DNA of 64,000 nucleotides. Source: an uncultured Verrucomicrobiae bacterium. GTDB taxonomy: Bacteria; Verrucomicrobiota; Verrucomicrobiia; Chthoniobacterales; UBA10450. The stretch covers positions 448,001 to 512,000 of the forward strand of contig CAWFGO010000003.1 of assembly GCA_963815455.1 (NCBI GenBank), read 5' to 3'. Positions 51,156 to 62,810 of this stretch are shown in pieces. How positions within the stretch are numbered: position 1 is the stretch's first letter; each line of letters opens with the position of its first letter. The notes beneath the pieces were generated by a model. The model searched no databases. It was not told the origin of the DNA and saw only the letters and a program-made list of their open reading frames with translations. Made by a program: the position numbers and the translations under genes.

Positions 51156-53444
51156 ATGCCGTCCCGAAACCGAATCCTGCTGATTGCGTTGTCGATCCTG
51201 CTGGTCGGGGCGACCGCGGTTTGGTTTACGCCATTTATTGTGTCGCGCGGATTACGCCTCTGGATTTCCTGGAAAGCGCGCCAGCAGCATCTTGTCGTCA
51301 AGATCGACAAAATCGACGCGCCGCTTTTGCGCCCGGTGGTCATGCGCGGGATTCATATCGCAAGCGCTCCTGGAAATTCAGTCAACCTCAACGTTGACGC
51401 GACTCAGGCCACATTCGATTTCAACCTTGCCGCCGTCATTTTGCGACGTGGTCGTTCGATTCGCTCGCTTTCGGTTGACGATTTTCACGTCGAGACCCAC
51501 CGCCTTCGGCCCGGGGCGTTCCTGTCCGAATCCGGCTGGATCGCGATGCAAAAATTGTTCCCGCTCAAATTCAACTTCTCCAAGTTCGATCTGCGCATGG
51601 AAGACGGGGCGACCGTAATTCTGCTTCGCAACGCGTCGATGTCGGGGAGCGAAATCGAAGCGGGCCAGTTTAGCGCCGGCGAGGTCACGATCGCGTCACC
51701 TTTATTTCGCCAGACTTTCGGCCAGCTCCGGGGCTCGACCAATTGGCAAAACGATCATTTAACCGTGGCCGGCCTGAGCCTTGCCCGGGGCCTCGATCTT
51801 CAGTGGATGACCTTTGATTTATCCCAGGTTGGAAGGCAACGCCTCGCGCTCGATTTCGATGTCGATGCTTTCGGGGGAAAAATTCGCGCCAGTATTTCCA
51901 ACGAATGGCTTCCCGGCAGTTCTCTCTGGAATGTGGTCGGCTCGGGAAACGATATTTCACTGGCGCAAACTTCGGAAGCGCTCGGGTTCACCGACCGGAT
52001 GGGTGGACTTCTTCACGCCTGCAAATTTACTTTCCGCGGCGATCCACACGATCCGTTGCAGGCGGCCGCATCGCTTTGGACCGAGCTGACCGGATTGAGT
52101 TGGCGCGATCGCGCAGCCGAAGTGATCATGCTCGGCGTCTCGCTCTACAATCGGCAGATCGACATCCAGGAACTTTACGTCAAGCAAAGCAAGAACCAGC
52201 TGACCCTGAAAGGCCAGGGCGCGTTCCCGGGGAAATCGTCGGACTGGCTCAGCCCGGATTTCCAAGGCGATATTTCCGCGTCGATCAACCAGCTCGGCGA
52301 TTTCGCCGCCCTGTTCGGCGCGGATCCGCGCGATTTCGCCGGAAAAATTGCGATCGACGGGACAATGAACGCTCGCGACCGAAAGATCGGCGGGCACCTT
52401 ACCTTCGATGGCAAGTCGCTCACGCTTTTCAAAACCGGAATCAATGCCTTAAGCGCGAAGCTCAGTCTCAAAGCGAGCGAATTGCAGATCGAACAACTGG
52501 AGCTGAAGCGCAAAAACGATTCGATGACCGCCCAGGGCAAGATCGACATGTCGCATGAGCATAAATACTCGGGCACGCTGAACGCCGCGGTCGACGACCT
52601 GGCCGACTATTTGTCGATCATCCGCGGCCCGACTGAAGACAACGTGAAGCCGACCCCGGCTAGCGTTCAAATAAACATCGAGGCCAGCCGATGGGACGCG
52701 AACGGGTCGATCAAGTTACCGGGTTCGAGCCCATTCGATTTCACGGCCAATTTCTTCCTGCCCATCGGAGCGGATTGGAGCGCTCTTCGGGCGGCGCCGG
52801 TCAACATTACTCTCGATTTTCCCTCGGTCTTTCTTGGAAGCACGCCACAATTTTTTCATCCGAGGATCTTCCGCGACGGCATTCTTAGCGGAAACCTCTC
52901 CATTGCCGGTTCCCTGCAACACCCCCGCATCACAGGCGACCTGCAGTTGTTAAACAGCAAGCTGGAGAACGCATCCTTTAATTTCACCGAAGCCAGCAGT
53001 CGGATTACCTTTAGCGGAGATCGCGCCTCGATAGATTTTTTTAATGCCGCCACCAAGGATGTGGATCTCTCGCTTCGCGGAGAAATCGATCTGCGCGACG
53101 CAAACGATCTCGGCATCAAGATAATTGCCGGAACACCGATCTTCGATCTCACGCCGCGGGCAATTGATTGCGTGAGCAAGATCGAGATCGATTCTGTGGC
53201 CGCAACGCTCGCGCCCGCTGTTACGGAACTGGAAATTCGCGGCGCGTTTCGATCTGCCTGGAAGATGAGCCTGAAAGAACGCGCAAGCACTCAATCCCCC
53301 GGCGGTCCGAGCTTGGACGAAACTGCTCGAAAATTTCCGATCTGTCTGGGCACGGCTACGGAAGGAAAAACGCTGGTGCTCGGCGGCCCATCGCGGCCGG
53401 AAAAACCTGCCGTTCGCCCACAAAAACGAAAGAAGCGGCGCTAA
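51156..53444 (+). CDS. Hypothetical AsmA/TamB-like envelope protein
   Basis: N-terminal TM helix, long amphipathic beta-strand content, GNLSIAGSLQHPRITG. Confidence 0.55.
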   Translation: MPSRNRILLIALSILLVGATAVWFTPFIVSRGLRLWISWKARQQHLVVKIDKIDAPLLRPVVMRGIHIASAPGNSVNLNVDATQATFDFNLAAVILRRGRSIRSLSVDDFHVETHRLRPGAFLSESGWIAMQKLFPLKFNFSKFDLRMEDGATVILLRNASMSGSEIEAGQFSAGEVTIASPLFRQTFGQLRGSTNWQNDHLTVAGLSLARGLDLQWMTFDLSQVGRQRLALDFDVDAFGGKIRASISNEWLPGSSLWNVVGSGNDISLAQTSEALGFTDRMGGLLHACKFTFRGDPHDPLQAAASLWTELTGLSWRDRAAEVIMLGVSLYNRQIDIQELYVKQSKNQLTLKGQGAFPGKSSDWLSPDFQGDISASINQLGDFAALFGADPRDFAGKIAIDGTMNARDRKIGGHLTFDGKSLTLFKTGINALSAKLSLKASELQIEQLELKRKNDSMTAQGKIDMSHEHKYSGTLNAAVDDLADYLSIIRGPTEDNVKPTPASVQINIEASRWDANGSIKLPGSSPFDFTANFFLPIGADWSALRAAPVNITLDFPSVFLGSTPQFFHPRIFRDGILSGNLSIAGSLQHPRITGDLQLLNSKLENASFNFTEASSRITFSGDRASIDFFNAATKDVDLSLRGEIDLRDANDLGIKIIAGTPIFDLTPRAIDCVSKIEIDSVAATLAPAVTELEIRGAFRSAWKMSLKERASTQSPGGPSLDETARKFPICLGTATEGKTLVLGGPSRPEKPAVRPQKRKKRR

Positions 53445-56400
53445 GCCCGCCGCTCAGATTTCGTTGCCACCAGCCAGCGGGCAAGCTTTTCTTCCAGATC
53501 GCTGGTAAGGTTCACGTGAAACTCCGCGCCGGCATCGAGAAGCAGCGAACCGCTGTTGCCGCGATCGAACAGGAATCGAACCGGACTGCTTCCAGGAGAG
53601 CTGGCCAGGATCTTGCGCACTTCGCGCAATTCTTCGCTCGTTGCCGCCGAAGAAAATTGCAACAGGATCGGCGGCTCTTCTTTTGTTCCGTTTGTCGATC
53701 CTTCCCTCCCCTCGCCGTTCGTCTTTTCGGTAGTTAAAACCTTGACCTTTTGCGCTACTGCGCGCGATCGATCGTCGCGGCTATCGACGCTGGCCTGGAC
53801 CGCAATCACCCGGCCGGGCACGAGGAGGTCGGCTACTTTCGAATAAGTGTCGTCCCACAGGAAAACTTCAATCGATCCGGTCAGATCTTCCAGCGCGAGG
53901 ATGGCGTACGGCTTCCCATCGGATCGCCGGAATTTCTTTTCGACTTGCGTGATTGCGCCCGCGATTCGGCAGACGGCCCGATCGTCTAATTCGGCTAACG
54001 AGGCGATCGATTGATATTTCTTTTCCGCCAAAAGATCGGCAAAAGCCTCCAGCGGATGCCCGCTGACGTAAAAACCGAGCAATTCCTTCTCGAACGAAAG
54101 TTTCTCGTGCTCGCTCCATGCCACCACCGTTCTCGGCTTTGTCGATGTTGTCGAGGCGGTCAGCTCCTCAAACAACGAGCCTTGTCCCGCGGCGCGATCG
54201 CGCTGCGCCGCGGCCGAGGCCGCCAGCGCTTCTTCGATACAGGCGTGAAGCTCCGCCCGGTCGCGCCCAAGAAAATCGAACGCGCCGGCTTTGACCAAAC
54301 TCTCAAGCATTTTCCGATTGGCCCCGCGCGTTCCCAGCCGTCCGCAAAAATCTTCCAGCGAGGTAAATTCGCCGCCTTGCTCGCGTTCCTGGATCGTCAC
54401 GTCCATGGCTGCTTCACCGACGTTCTTGATCGCCGCCAGCCCGTAACGGATTGCGTTCTTCTGTAGCGGCGCTCTCTGAGCGTCACCTTCTTCGGTTCGG
54501 CGGTCAGAGACCGCCGCTACAATGCTTTCGGGACTAAACTTTAACCCGCTCCGGTTCACGTCTGGCGCGAGAATCGGAATGCCCATTCGTTTACATTCGC
54601 CGACGAAGACCGAGATTTTTTCGGTATTGCTAATCTCGTTGCTCAGCAATCCGGCCATGAATTCCACCGGATAATGCGCTTTTAGATATGCGGTCTGATA
54701 ACTGATCAGTCCGTAAGCGGCGCTGTGGCTCTTGTTGAATCCGTAACCGGCAAATTTTTCCAGCAAATCGAAAATCGCGTTCGCTTTTTTCTCCGGGATC
54801 TTGTTCGTGCGCGCGCAACCCTCGATAAAATTCGTGCGCTCCTTGGCCATTTTCTCCTTGTCCTTCTTCCCCATGGCGCGCCGCAGCAAATCGCCCTGGG
54901 CCAGCGAATAGCCGGCCAACTTGCTGGCCGCGGCCATCACCTGTTCCTGGTAAATCATAACGCCATAAGTGTCGGCGCAGATTTCCTCCAGCAGCGGATG
55001 CTCGTACCGAATCTTGGTTAGTCCCTTTTTGCGTTTGATGTAATCGCCGATGAGATCCATCGGGCCGGGCCGATAGAGTGCGATCAACGCGATGATGTCG
55101 TCGATCTTTTGCACGTCGAATTGCTTGGCCGTGCTGGTCATGCCGCCTGATTCCATTTGGAACAGCCCGATGGTTTCTCCGCGGTTGTAGAGACCGAACG
55201 CGGCTTCATCATCGAGCGGAATATTTTTCAGCGAAAATCCCGGCTCGCGTTTCCGGATCAGCTTCAGCGTGTCCTCGATCACCGTCAGGGTCTTGAGCCC
55301 GAGGAAATCCATCTTCAGCAGACCAAGATCGTTCAGCGGCCCCATCGCGTACTGACTGATGATGTCGTTTCCCTTCACGTCGCGGCAGAGCGGGATGTAT
55401 TCGGACAAATCGCGATCGGCGATGACGACGCCGGCGGCGTGCACGCCGGCATTGCGCGAGATGCCTTCCAAAATCTTGCCGTACTCGAAGACCTGCCGCG
55501 TTTCTTTTTCGGTCGCGATGGCCCGTTTCAGCTCGGGATTCTTTTCGACGGCAGATTCGAGAGTGATGTTCAGTTCGTTCGGGATCATCTTGGCGATGCG
55601 GTCCGCCGCGGCGTAGGGAAGCCCGATCACGCGACCCACATCGCGCACCACGCTCTTCGCTTTCAGTTTTCCGAAGGTGATGATCTGCGCGACCCGGCGC
55701 TCGCCATATTTCTGCCGAACGTACTCGAGCACTTCACCCCGACGCGCTTCGCAAAAATCGACATCGATATCCGGCGGCGAAATCCGGTCCGGATTCAAGA
55801 ACCGCTCAAAAATCAGACCGATACTGCAACGGATCGATGTCCGTAATTCCGAGCACGTAGGCCACCAGTGATCCGGCCGCCGATCCGCGCCCCGGCCCGA
55901 CCGGGATCCCGCGTTCCTTGGCGAAGTGCGATAAAATCCCAGACGATCAGGATGTAGCTGACGAAGCCGGTTTTCTCGAGAATGCCCAGCTCATAATCGA
56001 GACGCTGTTGAAGTTGATTGTCGATCTTCGCTCGCTCGCCGTAGCGCTCCTCCAAACCCCTGGCGCAAAGAACGCGCAGATATTTCTCGCGTTCAACGCC
56101 TTCCGGCACGGGATATTCCGGGTATTTCGACTTACCGAGCTCGATCTCCAGGTTGCAGCGCTCGGCGATCGCCAGCGTGTTGGCGATCGCCTCCGGGAAA
56201 TCCTTGAATATCTCCCGCATCTCTTCCGGCGACTTGAAATAAAGTTCCGGCAGATAATGCATTCGCTGCTCGTCCTGCACCATTTTCCCGGTGCCGATGC
56301 AAAGCATCACATCATGCGCGTCATGATCGCTCCGCCGCAGAAAATGCACGTCGTTCGCGGCAACAAGCCCGACACCCAGGTCTTTCGCCATTTTCGGCAG

Positions 56401-56973
56401 GACGGCATTGCACCAGCGCTGTTCCTCCATGCCGTGATCGTGCATTTCGATGAAGAAATTTTCCGCGCCGAGAATGTCGCGATACTCGGCGGCGGCCTGC
56501 GTCGCGCTGTCGATCTTGTTCGATTGAATGGCCGAGTTCATTTCGCTGGCCAGACAACCGCTCAGCCCGATAAGGCCCTGCGCGTGTGAAGCGAGAAGTT
56601 CCTTGTCGATCCGCGGCCGGTAATGAAATCCGTCGAGATGCGCGGTCGAAATCAGTTTTACCAGATTGCGATAGCCCGTTTCATCCTGGGCCAGCAGCGT
56701 AAAATGATAGGCCGACTCGCGCATCGAGCTGGGCCGGTCCTTGTGCGAACGCGGCGCGATGTAAGCCTCGCAGCCGATGATCGGTTTTATCCCGGCCCGT
56801 TTTGCCTCCTGATAAAATTCGATCGCGCCAAAAAGATTGCCGTGATCGGTCATCGCTACCGCCGGCATCTTGAATTCTTTCGCTTTTTTCATCAGCTCCC
56901 GCATCCGAATCGCCCCGTCGAGGAGGGAGTATTCGGTATGGAGGTGGAGATGAACGAAGGAATCGCGGGGCAT
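53441..56973 (-). CDS. dnaE: DNA polymerase III alpha subunit (frameshifts near 55810 and 55920)
   Basis: [43 protein letters not shown]-terminal OB fold. Confidence 0.96.
54462..54521. repeat. 60-bp GTAG REP doublet in-frame inside dnaE
   Basis: TGTAGCGGCGCTCTCTGAGCGTC...CGGTCAGAGACCGCCGCTACA; same arms as 8352, 12074 and 43399. Confidence 0.9.
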
Positions 56974-57097
56974 CATTTTCAGTATTGAACGCCACCGCGA
57001 TTTGGCAAAAAAAATTCGCTCGGGATCGCGAAAAATTCGTGATTGCATTCCCTCTGGCGCCGTTGCTATGAGAGCCCGTGCCGGATTCAGCTTTTGA

Positions 57098-57523
<426 letters not shown>

Positions 57524-57557
57524 GAACCGCCTTGCGCCTATCTGCCCTTCCAAACTC

Positions 57558-57626
57558 AGTCGAGGAATCCCGTTGCGGTAGCTTTATAGTGACAACGCGG
57601 GATCCTTCGACTTCGCTCAGGATGAC
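57558..57626. repeat. GTCAT-type repeat (partial) between glnB and glnA
   Basis: AGTCGAGGAATCCCG...CGGGATCCTTCGACTTCGCTCAGGATGAC. Confidence 0.75.
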
Positions 57627-57674
57627 AGGCTCTTAATTTTCCAACTATTCAACCACTCAACTCCTCAACCTCCT

Positions 57675-59096
57675 ATGCCCAAAGACAAGACCCCATCCGA
57701 TGTCAGTAAATTGATCAAAGACAACGACGTGAAATTGATCGACTTCAAGTTCACGGACCTGCTCGGTACCTGGCAGCATTTCACGACTACTCTTACCGAA
57801 TATAACGAAGAAATTTTTACGGACGGCCTCGGCTTCGATGGCTCGAGCATTCGCGGCTGGCGAGTGATCAATGCGTCGGACATGCTCGTCATTCCCGATC
57901 CGTCCACCGCGTGGATCGACATCTTCAACGCCGAACCGACCCTCTCGCTCATCTGCACCATCGTCGATCCTATTACCCGGGAACCGTACGATCGCGACCC
58001 GCGCGGCGTGGCCGAAAAAGCGGAAGCGTATTTGAAAAGCACCGGCATCGCCGACACCGCGTTTATCGGGCCGGAAGCGGAGTTCTTCATCTTTGACGAC
58101 GTGCGCTTTAGTTACAACGGGAACTCTTCCTTTCACCAAGTCGACAGCATCGAGGGCCATTGGAACAGCGGCCGCGAGGAGTTTCCGAATCTGGGTTATA
58201 AAATCCGGGCCAAAGAAGGTTATTTCCCGGTCGCGCCGGCGGACAGTTTGCAAGACATCCGCAACGAAATGTGTCTCGAGCTGGAGCGGGCTGGAATTCC
58301 GATCGAGCGCCAGCATCACGAGGTCGCGACTGCGGGCCAGGCCGAGATCGACATCCGTTTCGCTCCGCTCAAACGCATGGCGGACAGTTTGCAGTATTAT
58401 AAATACATCCTGCGCAACGTGGCCAAGAAACACAACAAGACGGTCACGTTCATGCCGAAGCCACTCTTTGGTGACAATGGCTCGGGCATGCACACGCACA
58501 TATCGCTTTGGAATGGCGACAAGCCCCTCTTTGCCGGGAATGGCTATGCCGGCTTGAGCGATCTCGCCCTCTTTTTCATCGGCGGAATCTTGAAACATGC
58601 GCCGGCGCTCACTTGCATGACCAATCCAACAACCAACAGCTACAAGCGCCTCGTGCCCGGATTTGAAGCGCCGGTCAATCTCGCTTATTCCGCCCGGAAT
58701 CGTTCCGCCGCGATTCGCATACCGACCTACTCGCCAAGTCCCAAGGCCAAACGAATCGAGTTCCGCACGCCGGATGCCGCAGCAAATCCGTATCTCGCCT
58801 TTTCCGCAATGCTGCTGGCCGGTCTCGATGGAGTGCAAAATCGAATCGATCCCGGCGACCCGCTGGACAAGAATCTGTATGAGCTGCCGCCGGAAGAGCT
58901 GGCCCAGATCGCCAGCGTGCCAGATTCACTCCTTGGCGCAATCCAAGCGCTCCGGGCCGATCATTCCTTCCTGTTGCGCGGCGACGTCTTCAACGCCGAC
59001 TTCATCGCCAACTGGATCGACATGAAACAGAAAGAATACGACGCGTTGCGGCTGCGCCCGCACCCGTACGAATTCTCGATGTACTACGACGTGTGA
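57675..59096 (+). CDS. glnA: Glutamine synthetase type I
   Basis: [41 protein letters not shown]. Confidence 0.96.
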   Translation: MPKDKTPSDVSKLIKDNDVKLIDFKFTDLLGTWQHFTTTLTEYNEEIFTDGLGFDGSSIRGWRVINASDMLVIPDPSTAWIDIFNAEPTLSLICTIVDPITREPYDRDPRGVAEKAEAYLKSTGIADTAFIGPEAEFFIFDDVRFSYNGNSSFHQVDSIEGHWNSGREEFPNLGYKIRAKEGYFPVAPADSLQDIRNEMCLELERAGIPIERQHHEVATAGQAEIDIRFAPLKRMADSLQYYKYILRNVAKKHNKTVTFMPKPLFGDNGSGMHTHISLWNGDKPLFAGNGYAGLSDLALFFIGGILKHAPALTCMTNPTTNSYKRLVPGFEAPVNLAYSARNRSAAIRIPTYSPSPKAKRIEFRTPDAAANPYLAFSAMLLAGLDGVQNRIDPGDPLDKNLYELPPEELAQIASVPDSLLGAIQALRADHSFLLRGDVFNADFIANWIDMKQKEYDALRLRPHPYEFSMYYDV

Positions 59097-59109
59097 TCGT
59101 CGTTTCGTT

Positions 59110-59835
59110 TTACCCGCGCCGATATCGCCGCATCAACTTGAAAAACCGCAGCGTGTCGCGCATGGGATGGATGCTGCTCACTTCGTCGCAGTAAACAGTC
59201 GTGATTGGGACGGAGTCGATTCGGAAACCTTTGCGGCTCGCTTTGATCAACATCTCGGTTTCGTAATCGAACCGGTCGGCGCCTTCGAGCATCTCCGGGA
59301 TCACGTCGCGATGCAGCATCCGAAATCCGCATTGCGTGTCGGGAATGGTTTGACCACACACCCGGCTGATCTTGTTGCTCATGTAACGATTCACAAGTCG
59401 CCGAACCAGCGGCATGCGCGAAAGATCGTTCATTCGATTGCCGACAAATAACTTCGCGTCCTTTGCCGAAGCGGCGCTCAGGAATCGATCGATTTCTTCC
59501 GGGCGATGCTGGGCGTCGGCGTCCAGGATCATCACCCAGGATACTTGTCGATCCTGTCCGCCGTCGGACGGACTCGCCGGGGCGAGCCAATGCCGCAGCC
59601 CGGTTCGAATCGCTTCGCCTTTGCCGCGATTTTGCGGATGGGTGATGACTTCCGCCCCGGCGATGCGAGCTTCGGCAGCCGTCGCATCGCTGGAACCATC
59701 GTCGACCACCAGAACATGATCGAGCTTGCCTCGCGTCCGCCGGACAACGTCGCCAATATGTTTCTCTTCGTTGAAAGCAGGAATGACCGCCGCGACCGAC
59801 TGTCGCTCCTGCGCGCGCGCTCCGGCCGTCTCCAT
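59110..59835 (-). CDS. GT2 family glycosyltransferase
   Basis: IPAFNE, VDDGSSD, NRGKG, LDADAQH, DTQCGFR. Confidence 0.9.
   Translation of the reverse strand: METAGARAQERQSVAAVIPAFNEEKHIGDVVRRTRGKLDHVLVVDDGSSDATAAEARIAGAEVITHPQNRGKGEAIRTGLRHWLAPASPSDGGQDRQVSWVMILDADAQHRPEEIDRFLSAASAKDAKLFVGNRMNDLSRMPLVRRLVNRYMSNKISRVCGQTIPDTQCGFRMLHRDVIPEMLEGADRFDYETEMLIKASRKGFRIDSVPITTVYCDEVSSIHPMRDTLRFFKLMRRYRRG
59556..59586 (+). repeat. 30-bp element in-frame in the GT2 gene
   Basis: TCCGCCGTCGGACGGACTCGCCGGGGCGAG; matches 18186-18216. Confidence 0.75.
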
Positions 59836-60725
59836 TATCGACGGACGACCGGATGAAAATCCGCTGCGTGATACGAACTGCGGACGAGCGGACCGGAGGC
59901 GACGTAAAGAAAACCTTTTTGACGTGCGATGTCGCCGTAGAGATCAAATTGTGCCGGCGTGATGTATTCGACGACTGGCAAATGTTTCGGTGTTGGCCGC
60001 AGGTACTGTCCCATGGTCAAGACCTCGCAGCCGGCTTCGCGCAAATCGTCCATCGTTTGAAAAATTTCAGGTTCGGTTTCACCGAGGCCGAGCATGATCC
60101 CGCTCTTGATGACAGTTTTCGGAGACAGTTCCTTCGCCCGCCGCAATACTTCGAGCGATGTCCGGTATTTGGCGCGTGAGCGCACCAGCGGCGTCAGCCG
60201 CTCGACCGTTTCCATGTTGTGATTGTAGATGTCCGGTCCGGCGTTGAGGACGATCTGGATGCACCAATCTTGCGCGTGAAAATCGGGGACGAGCACCTCG
60301 ATCACAATCGTGGGATCCATGTCTCGAATCGCGGTGATGACGCGGGCAAAGTGATCGGCGCCGCCGTCTTCGAGATCGTCGCGAGCCACTGCCGTAATCA
60401 CGACGTGTTTCAATTTCATCCGCTGCACGGCCTCGGCCACGCGCTGCGGCTCGTCTTCTTCGAGCGCAAACGGCTTGGCCGTCGTCACCGCGCAAAATCC
60501 GCACGCCCGGGTGCAACGATCGCCCGCGATCATGAACGTCGCCGTGCCCTGGCTCCAGCATTCCCAGCGATTCGGGCATTGCGCGCTTTCACAAACCGTA
60601 TGCAATTGCAGATCGGAAATCAGCGCCTTGGTGGAAAAGAAAACCGGATTCGACGGCAACCGCACCTTGATCCAGGACGGTTTGCGCGCCTGGTGCAACG
60701 CCGGATCGATTTTTGCGCAGGACAT
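59835..60725 (-). CDS. lipA: Lipoyl synthase
   Basis: CESAQCPNRWEC, CTRACGFC, PLVRSSYHA. Confidence 0.96.
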   Translation of the reverse strand: MSCAKIDPALHQARKPSWIKVRLPSNPVFFSTKALISDLQLHTVCESAQCPNRWECWSQGTATFMIAGDRCTRACGFCAVTTAKPFALEEDEPQRVAEAVQRMKLKHVVITAVARDDLEDGGADHFARVITAIRDMDPTIVIEVLVPDFHAQDWCIQIVLNAGPDIYNHNMETVERLTPLVRSRAKYRTSLEVLRRAKELSPKTVIKSGIMLGLGETEPEIFQTMDDLREAGCEVLTMGQYLRPTPKHLPVVEYITPAQFDLYGDIARQKGFLYVASGPLVRSSYHAADFHPVVRR

Positions 60726-60769
60726 GCGGACGAAATTTGTCATCGCCGGGTTGAAAAGCAAACGAACGT

Positions 60770-60923
60770 GTCATCCCGAGCCTGCCTGTCATCCAGAGCG
60801 AAGCGAAGGATCCCGCGTTCCGGAATGACGCTTGCGATCAACCAAGTAATCACAGCCCGGGATAATTTGGGCATTGCAATCGCGTAGGCGAGATCCCTCG
60901 CCGTCTACGCGGCTCGGGATGAC
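60770..60923. repeat. GTCAT-type palindromic doublet
   Basis: GTCATCCAGAGCGAAGCGAAGGATCCC...GAGATCCCTCG..GCTCGGGATGAC. Confidence 0.75.
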
Positions 60924-60934
60924 AAGCGCGCGAG

Positions 60935-61543
60935 TTACAATTTCGTTCGTCCTGAAAGCGCGGCGGAAAGCGTCAATTCATCGGCCGATTCCAGGCCGCC
61001 GCCGGCTGGAATGCCCCGGGCAATTCGGGTAAGCGCGATCGGCTTGCCCTTCAGAAGATCGACAATGTAATTCATTGTCGATTCACCTTCGACATCGGCG
61101 GCCACAGCGAAAATAATTTCGGAAATCTTTTCCCGCTCGATCCGATCGATCAATTCCTTGATCCGCAAATCCTCCGGACCAACATGATCGAGCGGTGAGA
61201 TTTTTCCACCCAGCGAATGATAGCGACCGCGAAACGCGCTTGTCTTTTCCAGCGGCAGAATATCAGTGGGTTGTTCGACTACGCACAGCAGCTCGGACGA
61301 ACGCGACGCGTCCGCGCAAATGTCGCAAATTTCCTGCGTGGTAAAGAATCCACAGAGCGCGCAGGCATGAATATTTTGCCGCGTCGAATGAATGGCCCGC
61401 GCGATTTGATCGGGTTTATCGTCACGCGCACGCACGATCCAAAGAGCAATGCGCTCCGCCGAGCGCGGCCCGACCCCGGGCATTTGTCGAAGTTGCGCGA
61501 TCAGGTCCCGAATCGCGGCCGGATATTCGGTTTTTCTCAACAC
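60935..61543 (-). CDS. recR: Recombination mediator RecR
   Basis: HhH PGVGPRSA, C4 zinc finger, TOPRIM VVEQPTD / VEGEST. Confidence 0.94.
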   Translation of the reverse strand: MLRKTEYPAAIRDLIAQLRQMPGVGPRSAERIALWIVRARDDKPDQIARAIHSTRQNIHACALCGFFTTQEICDICADASRSSELLCVVEQPTDILPLEKTSAFRGRYHSLGGKISPLDHVGPEDLRIKELIDRIEREKISEIIFAVAADVEGESTMNYIVDLLKGKPIALTRIARGIPAGGGLESADELTLSAALSGRTKL

Positions 61544-61552
61544 GCCCAGATT

Positions 61553-62803
61553 CTAGCCGTGCGTCGTTTCCGCCAGATGCAGAGCGAGCGGCTCCAGTCG
61601 ACGCAAATATAGTTGCAATGGCGCATCGTTATCGGCATCCGGCCCGCGCGCCTTTTGAAATTCCTGGTAGGCTTCGGCCCACCGCTTTTCTCGATAGAGA
61701 ACAACGCCGTTCCAGAAATAGTCGCGCCGGGCGAGATGCTCCGGCTTCGCCTCGGCGGCCAGCCAGAGCGGCTCGTAAATTTCGTGACGCTCCTGAGAAT
61801 TCACCCCGCTAAGAAAGTCGATTGGGCGCGCGACAACCATTTTGCTGGCCAGCTCGAACGTTCGCGGACCGATCAAGACTCGCGACCCATAAAACCGGTT
61901 CGCAACACAGAACCGGCGGGCAAGCTCGACCGGTTCTCCGCTGGTAAAAAGCGAGGGCCCCTCATCCCGATTCAACGGCGCAACAATGATCGTGCCGGAG
62001 CTGACGCCCAGGTGCACCTCGCAGTTCCCGAAAAGTTCGCCGTTGTTTTGCCGGCGCGAATCACGAAAATCGCCGACCAGATCGAGCGCGACCCGCACCG
62101 CTTTTTCGGAATGCTCGGCATCGCCCGCCGGAAATCCGAAGATGGCAACCACGCCTTCGCCGTCGGCGGCCTGGATATAACCGCCGGCCTTGAGAAGAAG
62201 ATCGGTTGTCCGCCGAATGAATTTCTCAGTGGCTTCGGCAAATGCTGACGGCTCGGTATCCTCGGCCAGATCGTATTTGTTAGCGATGTCGCAGACGAGG
62301 ACGGTGGTTTCATATGTGCGCGCTTCGGGTTCGAGCGGCACTTCTCCTTCAATGATGCTCCGCACCTTGTCTCCGGACAACCGGCCGGCGAAAAGCGCCC
62401 GGGCCAGGTGGGCCCGGCCGCGGGTGGCAATTGCCACCGTTCGCTCGGCCGCGACGAAAGCGAGGCCGGTAACCAAAAGCGAAGGGATCGGCTGAAAAAA
62501 CAGGTGAAACAGCGCGCAAATCCAGGCCAGGGCCACCAATTCAACCAGCAGCACGCAGATCAGCCAGGCCATTCGCATACGGCGGGCAGCGGTAATAGTG
62601 AGCCCGGCCACTCCAAGCGACAACGCGGCGATGATAAGATACTGCCACTTGTCATCGAGGGGATGGGATACTTTGCGGAAATGGGAAATGAGTCCCGCGA
62701 TCGGCTCTTCGATCCGGAGCAATACTCCGAAGCCGTGCAAAGCCCCGACCAACCCCGCGACGAGGAGACCAATAATCAGGGCTGCAACAAGAGGTCGTTT
62801 CAT
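61553..62803 (-). CDS. Membrane class III adenylate/guanylate cyclase-like protein (degenerate)
   Basis: TM helices, TVLVCDI, VAIFGFP, HLGVSSG, IYEPL, C-terminal TPR-like helix. Confidence 0.7.
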   Translation of the reverse strand: MKRPLVAALIIGLLVAGLVGALHGFGVLLRIEEPIAGLISHFRKVSHPLDDKWQYLIIAALSLGVAGLTITAARRMRMAWLICVLLVELVALAWICALFHLFFQPIPSLLVTGLAFVAAERTVAIATRGRAHLARALFAGRLSGDKVRSIIEGEVPLEPEARTYETTVLVCDIANKYDLAEDTEPSAFAEATEKFIRRTTDLLLKAGGYIQAADGEGVVAIFGFPAGDAEHSEKAVRVALDLVGDFRDSRRQNNGELFGNCEVHLGVSSGTIIVAPLNRDEGPSLFTSGEPVELARRFCVANRFYGSRVLIGPRTFELASKMVVARPIDFLSGVNSQERHEIYEPLWLAAEAKPEHLARRDYFWNGVVLYREKRWAEAYQEFQKARGPDADNDAPLQLYLRRLEPLALHLAETTHG

Positions 62804-62810
62804 GGACTGG

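Noticed and set aside
55790..55930. Split dnaE, intein or programmed frameshift
   Set aside because: No intein motifs; the frames rejoin with simple indels like elsewhere in the window.
57001..57075. Sigma-54 promoter for glnB-glnA
   Set aside because: TGGC is present but GG-N10-GC spacing is not met.
59084..60887. Long antisense or alternative-frame ORFs here and throughout the window
   Set aside because: Shadows of well-supported genes in GC-rich DNA, with no recognisable motifs.
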